Positions 45,116-57,900 of a stretch of DNA of 64,000 nucleotides are shown piece after piece. How positions within the stretch are numbered: the first letter of the stretch is position 1; each line of letters begins with the position of its first letter. The position numbers and the translations under genes were made by a program. The DNA comes from Magallana gigas. Its lineage: Eukaryota. The stretch lies in contig NC_088859.1 of NCBI RefSeq assembly GCF_963853765.1, positions 30,380,001 to 30,444,000 on the forward strand. Direction: 5' to 3'. The notes beneath the pieces are model-generated. The model saw nothing but the letters and a program-made list of their open reading frames with translations, was not told the origin of the DNA and did no database searches.

Positions 45116-47642
45116 CTAGTTCATATTTTCTGTTTGTTCCTTAACTCTCCATGCGGCATCCATATATTTGGTGATAGGAGTATTCTGTCTGTAAAAGTTA
45201 AGCCTGCGATCTGATCTATCGGAGTCAATCTGAAAATATTTGATAATCCATTAAGCTGTTGTGCATTACACATGTTTTTCAAGTTATAAAATACACATTA
45301 TAAAATGTTTGTTTTTTTCTCAATAAATTTAACTTCATTTTATATCAGTTTGCTTATTATAAGCTGAAGATTAAAATTCAAAATGATAAAGAATTTGCTT
45401 TGAGACAGCCTTACCAGGGGCTTGGTAATCCATCCGATTTCCTGGGACTCTGTTTGGGGGTAGACATACTTCTTTACTGGTTCTTGATTGGCTCTTTTGA
45501 TAACATTTTTGAAGTGACCTGTAAAAGATTTTACCCCATTATAAATTCACCCTAACACAGACTGGTTAAAATTGAACCTTTACAAGCTCCTTTTATTTAT
45601 ATTGTCAGCTGTGGTTGCACGAAAAAAACATTTGCAGTTTTTAATTAACCTTGATTAGAATTACCCTCCTGTCGATGAGGGCCAGTAGGGCAAAAATAAA
45701 AAGGGTCAAAAATTTCCCTGTACTCCATGTATATAGCTAAGTAAGTTACTTGGTTCAAATTTTATATTGTATTCATTACAATGTACATATACTCTGGTAA
45801 GTGAGAGTGAAAGCCTTTGGCCTGAACAATACCTGTTCTAAAGGTATTTTGGTTGTTTCTAGCTGCAGATCTGTAGCTCTCTGGTTGAAAAAATTCGGAT
45901 AGACAAACCAGAGAGCTACGGTTCCAAGCGTTGTAAAAACCTCCGATTTACGCCGCCGTTTTTGTGTCGCTCGCTTCGGGAATTATATGTTTAATTAATA
46001 AATCCAATTTTTTAGGCAGTTGAATGCTTTTAAAGTCGGATATAATTCCCGAAGCGAGCGACACAAAAACGGCGGCGTAAATCTGAGGTTTTTGCAACGC
46101 TTGGAACTGTAGCTCTCTGGTTTGTCTATCCGAATTTTTTCAACCAGAGAGCTACAGATCTGCAGCTAGGTTGTTTCAAGTTTTCAGGTTTTGACCACAA
46201 TCAACCAGCCAGGGAATCAATATAAAGAACATGAACCAATGGTGAAAGATAAAATTATATATATACCGGTATATACTGCTACCGTTATTTGATAAACCTA
46301 TGCTTTATCAGTGAGAAACTCATATTTATTACACATCCAATAAAAGGGAGTTTAAAATTTGATCTGGTTGGATAAGAGTTTTATGATGTTTGAAATACTT
46401 CATTTAATATTAAACAACATTTACAGTATATAAGAAAAAAAAAAGATGTCTACTCACTGTCTTCTTCACCCTCCTCCGTGTCATGTCTAGAATTGGGTTT
46501 CCCAGTGATGACATGAACTGTTAAAAAAATCATTTCAATTTCTATTAATGCATTGATTTTTAAGCAATATAGTTATTACATAGAAATAACAAAAAAATTA
46601 ATTATGTAAAGGCACAAGTTACAGTAGTATATTACTGTGCTGAAACTGGTTTTGTATATACCAGATGCATGCCCATATCATCACCTTACTTGTGATGCAA
46701 ACTAAGTTTTCATTGTAACTCTTAAATATTTCAGTTGGCTAAAGAAGGAATGCATCTATAGATTATTGGGCCACGCCATGTATTTATACTAGTATACACA
46801 TCCATCAATATTTGTTGTTGTGATGCAACAACTTAGTTTACCAGATACTTTTTCATATTTTATCCATGAAAGTGGACTATACCAGGAAGATATATACATA
46901 TTATTAATTCATATGGTTTTGTTTGTCTTAACACATGCCCATATTACTTTGGATGTGACATAGTGATTAACGTATATAACTCTTTCGATCATATCTTAGA
47001 CAATATCAACAACAACCAATTACATGTACATTCATTTCCAGTAAATTTATTATTTTTTCTTATGCCATTAATCAAAACATCGCCAAAATTCAGATTAGAC
47101 ATTTTTGATTCTTTCCTTTATGTTTAATTCCCCCCAAAATTAAGCCCATAACTATATAGCATGACCCTCTCCGAATGTGCCAGTTTTCTTTTGTTTCTAT
47201 AAAAAAAACACTATATTAAACGAAAACGTGGTTTAACCATGACCTTGTTTCATGACAGTCACAATGCAGAATAAAAGAAACAAATCATTAGGACAACTTA
47301 TCTTAACCTCTTTAAAAAGTCAGATACATGTAAATTAAAACTTTCACATAGCGATCACAGGGGCTCGTCACGAAGGTTTTTTTCAACCTTTTATATCTAC
47401 CACCTCTAAACAATAAAAAACACTTTTATTGTATAGAGGTGGTAGATATAAAAGGTTGAAAAAACTTCGTGACGAGCCCCTGTGTAGCGATCGTTGAACT
47501 TACTTTTCTTAAATGGGTTTACGCTGTAATTTGTGTACAGTTTTTGATGCCGTTGTTCCTTTGTAATCGTTTCACATAAAATTGCATTTTGGTGAACGAA
47601 ATTTAAAGGATCTTTTTCTTTTGTTGCTGCTGCTTTAGCCAT
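45116..47642 (-). CDS. CFAP144: Cilia- and flagella-associated protein 144 (FAM183A-like), 138 aa
   Basis: Exons 47642-47504, 46517-46458, 45518-45415, 45229-45116; total 417 nt. Protein: ...VHQNAILCETITKEQRHQKLYTNYSVNPFKK IHVITGKPNS...EPVKKYVYPQTESQEIGWITKPL IDSDRSDRRLNFYRQNTPITKYM. Confidence 0.88.
45860..46168. mobile_element. 309-bp foldback MITE, TAG...CTA termini, perfect 9-bp TSD (Academ/AcademH- or Mutator-like)
   Basis: The TSD ggttgtttc is at 45851-45859 and 46169-46177. The inverted arms are ~135 bp and near-perfect. Confidence 0.9.
47356..47484. mobile_element. 129-bp hairpin MITE, CAC...GTG termini, 7-bp TSD (P-element-like)
   Basis: The TSD tagcgat is at 47349-47355 and 47485-47491. 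Arms: cacaggggctcgtcacgaag...tctaccacctcta / tagaggtggtaga...cttcgtgacgagcccctgtg. Confidence 0.8.
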
Positions 47643-48668
47643 TCTGTTTTGTGTGTGTTTTCCCCGGATGTTACGTAACTTGTTGAATGGTTGCTAAGAC
47701 AGAAAGGTTGAAATCACGATCCCGATGTAAATTCGTGCCACTCAAAAGATACATCGTCGGGACCCACGGGTTTTCTATTCGTTACACTACTTTCAACCCG
47801 TAGGGGCAATGATCTGAAGACGATCGTATCTATAAAAAAAAAAAGCAGTGTAACAGATAGAAAAACAGTGGGCTCCGACGATGTTTAAGATAGTACAAAA
47901 CAGATAAGCTTAGGTTTTTATTTTTCTGGAAACTTGAATTTTTGTTATTGGGAATGAAATGTAAATAAATGAAAATTTAAAAAAAAATCCAACCTTACAA
48001 TTTTTCCCACATTCCCCCAAGCCAACCATTTCAGTGTATCTCCTTGTAAATTGGAGTGTAAAATGAAATAGTCATTGTTAGAATTTGCTGTGCGAATAAG
48101 TTTTTTTTTAATGTTACAAATGTTTGTACTGCTATTTATACATGGGACCTATGTGTTACTTACAGACACTGAAATAAATACTAATTATAACTAAAGGTAT
48201 TTTATGATAATAAATCATCCTTTAAGAGAATTAGAGTTAACAGTCTCTAAAAAGAAATTTTATGTTTCAAATTTGAATAAAATTAGCAGCATGATTGTCA
48301 TGGGCGGACTTCTTTCGTCCTATATCGGCTTAGGCCGATATGCGCCGGTTATACGGCGAAATGGCAAAAAATTTAAAGAACTGTTATATTTAGCAACGCC
48401 ATTTCGCCAAAAGTACAAAAATACTGATATTTTTTGTGTCTTCTTTGCAAAATTCCATAAATTTGTTAAATCAATGCGTTCAATCAACATGCGTGCTGAT
48501 TTAATAACAAAAATCTTCATTTTTTATCACCATTTGAATTGTGAGATTCATACCGGCGAACCTTTCCAAGTCAAATGAAGCAAGTAGCCGGTACGTTATA
48601 CCAAAGGTCAATCGAAGCATTCAGCGTAGGTCGGTTTGACAAATGAAATCCTACCCAGAATCCCTTAA

Positions 48669-49193
48669 AGGGACTTGGACACGATTTTACTGAAATTTTT
48701 CAAATTTTATTTTTCCATTTTCAATGTTTATACTGATAATTTATATAGAAGTTTTCAATGCAATGTCAAAATTTGAAAGTCAAATATCAAGTTATAAGCA
48801 AGATACAGAGTTCATAATTCTTTGTTTTGTAAACAAAGCTCGAATATTGTCATTTTTTTTTACATGTGTGTTGTATTGGTGTAAATTTCAATCAAATGTA
48901 TCTTTCTTTAGTTAATAATAGTATTTATGAAGATATTGAATAAGTTTAAATTGTTTTTTTACATGTCATTTTGTCTAAGAAATGGTAATTCTCTGCATTA
49001 CATTTTTTTGTTTTAAACAACTATAAAACTCGAGCTTTGTTTAAATAACAACAATTCTTACCTCTGTATCTCGCATGTAACTTGACTTTAACATTCAATA
49101 TTTTGATCAATTATTTAAAATGCACCAGTAAACCATTTTATACATAAAAAATAAAAATAAATTTTTTTGATCTCAAATCTCGTCAAAGTCCCT
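48669..49193. mobile_element. Kolobok-like MITE with TTAA target
   Basis: ttaa|agggacttggac ... gtcaaagtccct|ttaa. Confidence 0.75.
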
Positions 49194-50064
49194 TTAAATA
49201 AAATATAAAATAAATATAATGAAAATTTGCAATTGACCATGGATATTAGATTAAATGAGCTACAAGTGTATTTGACAGAGGTGAAAATTGATAAAAATCC
49301 TAAATGACGGACGTCATCTTATTTGACCTTTTGAATTTAATGGGCATAAAGTTTTAACACTGGTTATGGTTTTGTCCAAATTTCAGGTCTTTACTATGAA
49401 CGGAACACAAGTTACTTATTTTTTAAATGACAGAAAGCTAAATTGCACAAAAAACAAATGAAACATGCACTATTCAAATTCTGGTTTTAAAATTATCAAA
49501 ATATACAATGTATCTCAATTTTTAAAGGGTATTACATGAATTCACCCCCCCCCCAAAAAAAAAATTTTTTTTTTATTATTTTCAATGAAAAGAAAAATGT
49601 TTAAAAATTAAGACTTTATACCCATATCTAATATTGAAAATCTTTCTGTATTCCATATCGGAAATACTCAGTAATTATAAACTATCAACAAAAGTAAATT
49701 TTGGTCAGAATAACATTTTATTTAGATTTTGCACTACAGAAGTGAGGGACCGCTGCTGAAATATAACAGTATTTTCTCACTATAGAAATAAGTACTACTG
49801 TACTTCGTACTGAAATTTCCGTGTCTCAGAACTAAAATGGCTAATATTTTTAATAATAATATTACTAAAAATAAATAATTATTTTTTTTCATAAAAATTT
49901 ATGGTTAAAAAACTCTGTACGATAATATCATACTATTCTATATTATCTATTTAAAAGTACATACATGTACTAGTATATAAATTGATGGACGTTAAGTTCT
50001 AAGGCTACTTTTGGGTAAATAGGCGAATCTTATATCCTTTCTGGTATTTAGTATGATCATAACG

Positions 50065-50082
50065 GGAAGTGACGCCATCTTG
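50065..50082 (+). promoter_or_regulatory. ETS/CRE-half/YY1 composite motif, candidate FZR1 core promoter
   Basis: The motif is ggaagtgacgccatcttg. A donor gtaagt at 50272 and an acceptor at 50478-50479 imply a non-coding first exon from ~50070 to 50271. Confidence 0.5.
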
Positions 50083-50515
50083 CAAGAAACATCCTGCAGA
50101 AATAAAAACAAAGAAATTTCCAATATTTACAGCATATGAAGGTAATAAACGAGGATAAATTTCAATTAGAAGATGTGGCTTATCCCAATTTAGCATTTGT
50201 TGGTAAATTTGCATGCGATATCCTAGTTTCAACATTTTAATGCAGTAAAATTTTCTCGTGTTCATTTTGGTGTAAGTTTCTTTGCAGTATTTGATTATTA
50301 ATTTGGTTTTTGTAGATTATGTGCGTGCCTCACTAGACCATTGATTTATTAATGAAAATTATTTTGTTAATATTTGATAATTTTATGTATGAGGTCTTAC
50401 GGAGTAAAGAACATAAACAATGATTGATTGGTTGATGAATGTAATTATAACAGTTAGTTTGTATCATTGTTGTTTTTAGAAGAGTCAGATTACACATTGA
50501 TGGATATTGGGATCA

Positions 50516-53500
50516 ATGGATCCAGAGTATGAGAAGCGCCTTTTACGGCAGCAGAATGGACAGATTTCCCCATATGCATCGGTATAAACCTTTAACTAGG
50601 CTTTAAGTTTGTGTAATTGATTTTTCAAAAGACAGTTTGTTTTTAAATACTGTGAGAGAGAGAGAGAGAGAGCAATTCAGCACATGAAAAATTCATCCTT
50701 GAGACTCTCTTTCTTTTACAGCCACTTTCCCTCAGTCCAAGATTGAGTCCTTCTAGTCCAATAGCTTCCCCTAGCAAAGACAAATATGGTGACAGGTTCA
50801 TTCCTAGTAGAGCAGGTGCTAGCTGGCAAATCAACTTTAACATTTCAAAAGTAAGTAGATGTTCAATATGTCTTTTTGAGTATCTGTAAATAGATTTCAG
50901 TAAGTGTGGATTATTTGATTGGGAGACATACTTTGGCTCCTTTCAATATCATTGTCGGCCAGATGGCTAACCAGGCAAAAGTTGTGATTTTAAAAAAATC
51001 TCATTTTGTAGGGAAGCCCCACATCATCTCCAACTCCCTCATCTAAATCCAAAGACTCAACAAATGACTCTGCTAAAGATGGCTTAGCTTATTCATGTTT
51101 ACTGAAAAATGAATTGTTGTCTGCTGGAATAGAAGACCTCAAGGTACTTATATTAATCAACAAAATTAAATTCATTTTGTTATTATTTAAGGAACAGATT
51201 TTGTCTGGAATTTTTGCATTTTTGTTTTTTATTTACAGCAAGATCATCTCTCTGACGATAGAAAAATACTTGTTCCTAAAGAAAGTCAAAATCTCTTTCG
51301 TGTGAGTTTCGTATTTAATTTACAAATAAGACTTGATTTATATATTTGAAAAGAGGCCATGTCTATGGTGAGATTTACTGAAAATTAAAGTTGATAACTT
51401 CTAGTAAAATCAGTTTGTATGAGAAATTATTCATCACTTAATTTAAGTTATACTTAACACTAATGGGGACGTAGCAACTTTCACAAAAAGTTATTTTAAT
51501 TTTAAGATACATAAAAATGTAAATGCATTTTCAAAATTGAATATGACATTTTGTGTTTCAGTACCATGTACCTCGCAGGAGTCTGGACTTCAGTGATTCC
51601 TCTCCATATTCTTTGTCCCCTGTAGGAAGTAAAAGCCAAAAGCTTCTACGGTCACCTCGCAAGGTACAGTATATATATACATGTATATGCTTATAAATTC
51701 ATATTTTATTACAGAGAAATCAGTAAACATGTGCATACAAAGATTGGTAATGTACATATATATACATGTATAATGTTGAATTGAATGCACTGCATTAAAA
51801 AAAAAAATCTTTAAATTTATATATACGTAAACAAGTATAAAGTGACAACAGTATGAAATTATCTTTGTGTTTAAAGAACCATTTCAAATGTTTGGTAATA
51901 TTGGAAGGTGTAGGTCTTCACAGTTCATGGTGATGTACATTTTGTTCTTTTCTTTTGTTTTGCAGGCTGTAAGAAAGATTTCTAAGATCCCATTCAAGGT
52001 CCTAGATGCCCCAGAACTTCAAGATGATTTCTACCTTAATCTAGTCGACTGGTCTTCCCAGAATGTGCTAAGTGTTGGTCTAGGGACCTGTGTGTACTTG
52101 TGGAGTGCATGCACTAGCCAGGTATGTACCATGGTAGCAGTGATATAGTTCCATTATGATCTTTTTTTTACGATGGAGTAATTCTTACAAGGAGACTGCG
52201 TAGTCAACAAATTAAACATCAGAACTACTGATATGATTTATTAAGCCGTAGACTGTTTATTTATAAAGTACTGTGGTTTCATCAAAATTAATTGAATACC
52301 AATTTTTCGTGGATTTCGTTGTTAAGTTGATCATCAAAATTAAATGTTCATTGAAGTTCAGTTTCTAATAACATTTTGTATTGATTGGGTCATTGGCCAC
52401 AAATTTACGTATTCTTGAATCTGTGATTTTCAAGTTATTCACCAAAATTGATACCCTTGAATATTAATTAAAACACAGTAAAGAAAATTCCATCAAATTT
52501 ACCTTTTTGATTTGATCCTTTATCTTTATACAGAGCTCTTCTTATAAGTCTAAATATGGCCATGACCAGACCTTTTTAAATCTTTTAAATGATTTTTTTT
52601 GTTGAGAAAATGAAACTAAAAGTGTCATATCTAATCGAAGTGTCATCAACTTGGTCATAAAGAACTTGTAACCCCAAGAATAATATGAATGTATTTTTCA
52701 ATTAATAATCCTGCTAAGAGATTTTCCATTATAGTAAGATTTTTACTTTGATATTTTAGGTGACCAGATTATGCGATCTCTCTAGCGACAACGACACAGT
52801 AACCTCTGTCTCCTGGTCAGAAAGGGTGAGAGTCAATGCAGATTTCTATTCAGAACAGAAATGAAAATACATGTAGTTATGTCTTAAAGAGAATATTTTG
52901 TATACAACAGACAACACCTTAGTTTTTATGACCTGTGTGATTCTGCTGTGATCTCTTAATTTTGTTTCAATTTTGCAACCACTGTGTAATTTTGCAAGTA
53001 TTTGGTTCATATATACCTACCGGTATATTGTTAGAATAGTACATGTATACGCATGTGATGTAATTCCCTCTATCTTGATATAGGGACATCTGGTTGCTGT
53101 AGGAACCCACAAAGGTTATGTTCAAATATGGGATGTAGCAGCAACTAAGAAATTGAACACATTGGAGGGCCACAGTGCCCGAGTTGGTAGGTGCTAATTG
53201 TTCACAAAAGCAACATTTTGAAAATCTCTGACCTTTATCTCATTTTAGTGAATAAATCTCACAAAATAATGGTAATTTATGGTTATAAATATTTTTAAAT
53301 GAACAATACCAAATTTTGTTTGTCAAAACAGGTGCTCTAGCTTGGAATACAGATATTTTGTCATCAGGGAGTCGAGACAGATTGATTCTACAAAGAGACA
53401 TTCGTACTCCATGTGTCCTTCCTGATCGTAAACTGACCGGCCACAGACAGGAAGTGTGTGGACTCAAATGGTCACCTGACCACCAGCACTTGGCCTCTGG

Positions 53501-54941
53501 TGGTAATGACAATAAACTGTATGTGTGGAATATGACTAGTACAAACCCAGTGCAGACGTACAATGAACACTTGGCAGCAGTGAAGGCTATCGCATGGTCC
53601 CCCCACCAGCACGGATTGCTGGCTAGTGGCGGGGGGACCGCTGACCGGTGTATTCGCTTCTGGAACACTCTGACCTGCCAGCCATTACAATGTGTGGACA
53701 CTGGCTCTCAAGTGTGCAATCTGGCCTGGTCTAAACACTCGAATGAGTTGGTAGGTTTCAGCTTGCATTGAGATTTGTAGTAATTGATGTTTTGTGCTGT
53801 TTGATGAATATATTTTTGATATACTTAATCTGTACAGTTAACCATGGATTTAATTACAGTGTACTTTCTTTTCTAGGTCAGTACACATGGATATTCACAG
53901 AATCAAATATTAGTTTGGAAATATCCCTCACTTGTTCAGATTGCCAAACTCACAGGGCATACATACAGAGTACTATATTTGGTAAGTTTAAAATCTTTCA
54001 AACATTTTTATGAGAGAGAGAAGAGAGAGCCAGCAAACACATGAAAAAAAAAAACTGCTTGTGATTTTAAATTGATTCATTCTCTTAATTAATACACTCT
54101 GTGTACTGTTAAAGTAACATAGAAAAATTTGTAGCAAGAGTTGCATAGATTGATGTCTGTTGGTTGATTAATGATAAATTTGTTGTGTTTATATAAACAT
54201 GCACCACTAACTTCAGTATGGAATTTGAAGAAGTTCATCTGTTCATTTGCTGTCAGTGAAAAAAATGTACCCTGTAATTGTTTTCCAGATTTAGTGTCAG
54301 CAAGAGATCTTATTTACAAAATTTATGATAAAACTCACGAAATCAACTTAGTTTTGAGTAGACCCACATTTGAGGAGTGAAAGCATTGATATATACAACA
54401 CATACTTTAAACAAGGTTTCTTAGTGCATCTTGGTGCAATCTGACACACAACACCTGTTAATGTATAAGAGTGACTGATCCCGCTAGGTCAGAGGTTGTT
54501 ATAAAGTTAGAAAACCTGGGAAATTCAAGTGCATCTTTACACTCCCCTGAGTTTGTGTGTATATTTTTATACTGAAAATAGTGCAATCTCATTTTCTCTT
54601 CTTTTTTCATAATAAAAAAAATTGTTCATTGTGAAAATTTTATAAACGGGTATATGTGATAAATTGAAGAGTTATGGATATGTATTGTTTTATTTGTAGG
54701 CAATGTCCCCTGACGGAGAGGCCATAGTAACAGGAGCAGGGGATGAAACTCTTCGTTTCTGGAATGTTTTCAGCAAGACTCGCTCAACTAAGGTCAGTGA
54801 CACTCCATATATAATTAGAAGTTGCACCTGTTTAATGTAGAATGAACATACTGGTTATTCCATAACAGGAGATTGATAACACTTTTCTTTTTTTTCCAGG
54901 AGTCCAAATCAGTGTTGAACTTGTTCACTCGTATTCGCTGA
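50516..54941 (+). CDS. FZR1: Fizzy-related protein / Cdh1, APC/C co-activator, 491 aa
   Basis: Twelve exons: 50516-50581, 50722-50850, 51012-51143, 51239-51301, 51562-51663, 51966-52121, 52760-52825, 53084-53186, 53332-53750, 53877-53981, 54700-54792, 54900-54941; total 1476 nt. It has the C-box [36 protein letters not shown]40 repeats and the C-terminal IR tail (LFTRIR*). Confidence 0.97.
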
Positions 54942-57900
54942 GCCATGAAGTCCCCATTTGACTGCCCTCCGTCGTGTGTTCCTATTGTTGACGAGTTGTT
55001 GTCGGGTTATCTGTGCGTTTTTATGTCTGTGGTATGTTTTAGTGACTGTGTTTTACCAGTAATATTCTGGGCAGTGTATATGTACATGAGTAGAAAGTAT
55101 ATATTGTAGATCAGATACATATAAGGTAGGGATGGCTGTATATTTAAGTTACCTTATGTATCTCACTGCCATTGAATCCGAGTTGGAAATTGGGGTGACG
55201 GACATAATGTCAAAGTCCATGTAAAAGACAGTTTATTAAACACACTGTAATTTGATATTACTTTTCCTGTAGTCTACAAACTGTACTACTTATTTATGAT
55301 TTCTTTACTTTAATAACGAAGCTTCATCCCCATTTAGGCATTACTGAAGTTTTTTTTATGAAGAAAAGTCAGTAAACCTCCTGGATTTTTGTTGAATGTA
55401 CTATTCGTCATTTTATTTCAATCTCATGCTATATCAACTTGTTTTGGTTTTACTTGAAATTGTTGAGGGCTTGTCCCCAAAATTAGATATTAAGAAATAA
55501 CGGACAAAAATAGTTTTTACTTTTGTTTTATTCTAGATACTGTCAGACGACTTTAAAATAAATCTTGTTTTTTTATAATGTACACATTGACTGTGACACA
55601 TTGTTTTACTTATTTATATAACTTGTATTGCAACAAAGCAGCTGCATAATTTTGTTAGCAGAAAAATATGTTCATTGAAATAAAAGACCAAAAAATAAAA
55701 TCTATTTGTTCAAGTTCTTGGTTAAATTTCTGAGAAACATGAAAAAACTTAGAATAACATTATATTGTTTAAAATCTTGGGGGTTTGTGGGGTTTTCATA
55801 ATGATACTTGATTTGAATTTGAATTCCTTTAAGTACCAGTAGTATGGATAACTGAGATGTGAGAAGGATGACGGTATTCTGCCACCGAAGAATACCTTAA
55901 TTGATTTTCTTAAAGAAAAAAAATATGCGTATCTTGTAACATTCACGTGAAGAATGATTTGAATTCAGTGAATCTTGAGTTTTTAGGTTAAAAATTGCAC
56001 TAAGCGGCATGCAGTATGGCTTTCAAGGTCACAGTAGTGACATTAACTAATTAATATTTTATGTGTATTGCAGTAAAGAGGCTAAGATGAAATGTAGATA
56101 AAATTTACAGATTGGAAAGTGTGGCACATGTAAAATAACAACGCGGGGTGTGATATGATCGCGCCTACGTGACATGGACTGGGTGCTTATGTCAGGCCTG
56201 GTTGATTCGATCGTCTGCTGCTCTCGAGATTTTGGGCATTTTGTTCCTTATTTAGAAGATTAATGCCAGACCCACTCATGCCATTTTAATTTACTATAAG
56301 TGTACTATGCGCGGCAATGAAAGTGATTCTAGGTTCAATAGGTGGCTTTTTAACCACTGGCGCTCTGTTTACGCAATGCTATCACGTTTTTCATTTTAAA
56401 TTTTAGGTTATTTTATAAATTGAATTAAAACGAAAGTGTTCTTAATTTTGCATATTTTAAACCCAAGCCATCCATTTAACCTTCATGTAGTATGCGCATA
56501 TTTCTTTCATCTCAAAAAAAATGTTTTTAAAAATGAATTATTTTTACAAAAACCACATGCGGAATCATAGGCAATATTCATGTTAAGGATTTCTCTTTGT
56601 TAAAAAACATTAAAAAAAAACAAAGTTAAGCAAAATTCATTTATAATTTTAACTGAAGTGACTCGCCACGTAAACTTTTTTTGCGGACATTGCAGATCGA
56701 CAATAATAATTAAAAAAGACCAATTACTATGGATTTCATTTCCTCTACGATGAGACAAAGATAATGAGAAAACCGCATTGCGTTGCGTCCAGATCCTGGC
56801 GGATTCAATCAAATCTTTGATGACGTTCGAATTGATTTCTTTATTAGCAGCTTTAAATATCAAACGCTGAGCCACGGCTGGCCGCAGATGTTTCACCGCG
56901 ATAGGCCTGATCCCCCAAAACAAAAAAGTCGCCCCACACAAAAGCCGTCTCTCGTCCCCCAACGTCGCTCTTATCTGTCAGTTTGCACGATTGAGTACTT
57001 CCGAAATTCATCGAAATAGAGTTGTTTTACTAAGTGATTTCTTGAAAGCATTCAAAAGGGGAAACACGCGTATAAAGATGTCAAGAGGAAGTATGGGCCG
57101 CCAAGATGAAGCGTGGCCTTGCGGCAAATGAAGTGGGACACTTTGAAAACCCTTTTTATTAGTAATTTTTTTTATTCAGGTGTGAAATATAAAACTGAAA
57201 TAATGTTCTCTTTAATATTGGGCTATTCGAGCAACGGCAAGGCAGTTTTGTTTTTGCGGTGGTTTGGGATTTTGGAATCTCCGTTCAAAAATTTGCTTGG
57301 ATAGTCGTAAATTTATGAACTTGTTTACGATTATAACTTTTGTAAGACGCATGTATTAAATGTTTGACCCGTAACCTCACACGTGAAACTTTTATTTGAC
57401 TTAGTATCCAGATCATAGAATTTTATGCAGGTCTTGTTTACTATACTTAATAATAAACTGTAAAATCCCTGTCTTAAGGAGGCCGACTTAAATAGTTTTC
57501 AATGCACGTAATTATGTGTTTGCACATTGTAGTAAAATATGGTGTATTTATACCTTTCATGATATTTTTTGATACCATTTATTAAATTTAACACAGTAAA
57601 TCAAGTACAGATTAAAACATTTGATTTTAGAGAAAGATTTTATATATTTTTCAAACGGTTTTTGCGTTATTAGGTAAGTAAGCGTTAAAAATTGTGCTTT
57701 TATGACGTTCAGATAAAATGAAGCTCTGTTGAAGTACGTTATAAAAAAATAACATAAAAGAAAAAGTAAAAAGTCTACGCCTTTGAAATTTTATACACAG
57801 AGTAATGTTATTATCTACGTTAATTTTCTTATTTTTGAATGAATCCATTGTACCAGTCAACATTTGTAATACTTCAAATATATAGCAAAATTTTGTGCAT

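Noticed and set aside
47685-47705. Possible RFX X-box upstream of the ciliary gene CFAP144 (gttgctaagac)
   Set aside because: Only a half-site matches, which is too weak to call.
50650-50700. (GA)n followed by 'cacatgaaaaa' in two FZR1 introns (also ~54010-54050)
   Set aside because: The match is short and low-complexity, so chance similarity cannot be excluded.
53240-53701. 153-aa antisense ORF
   Set aside because: It is the shadow of the large FZR1 WD40 exon.
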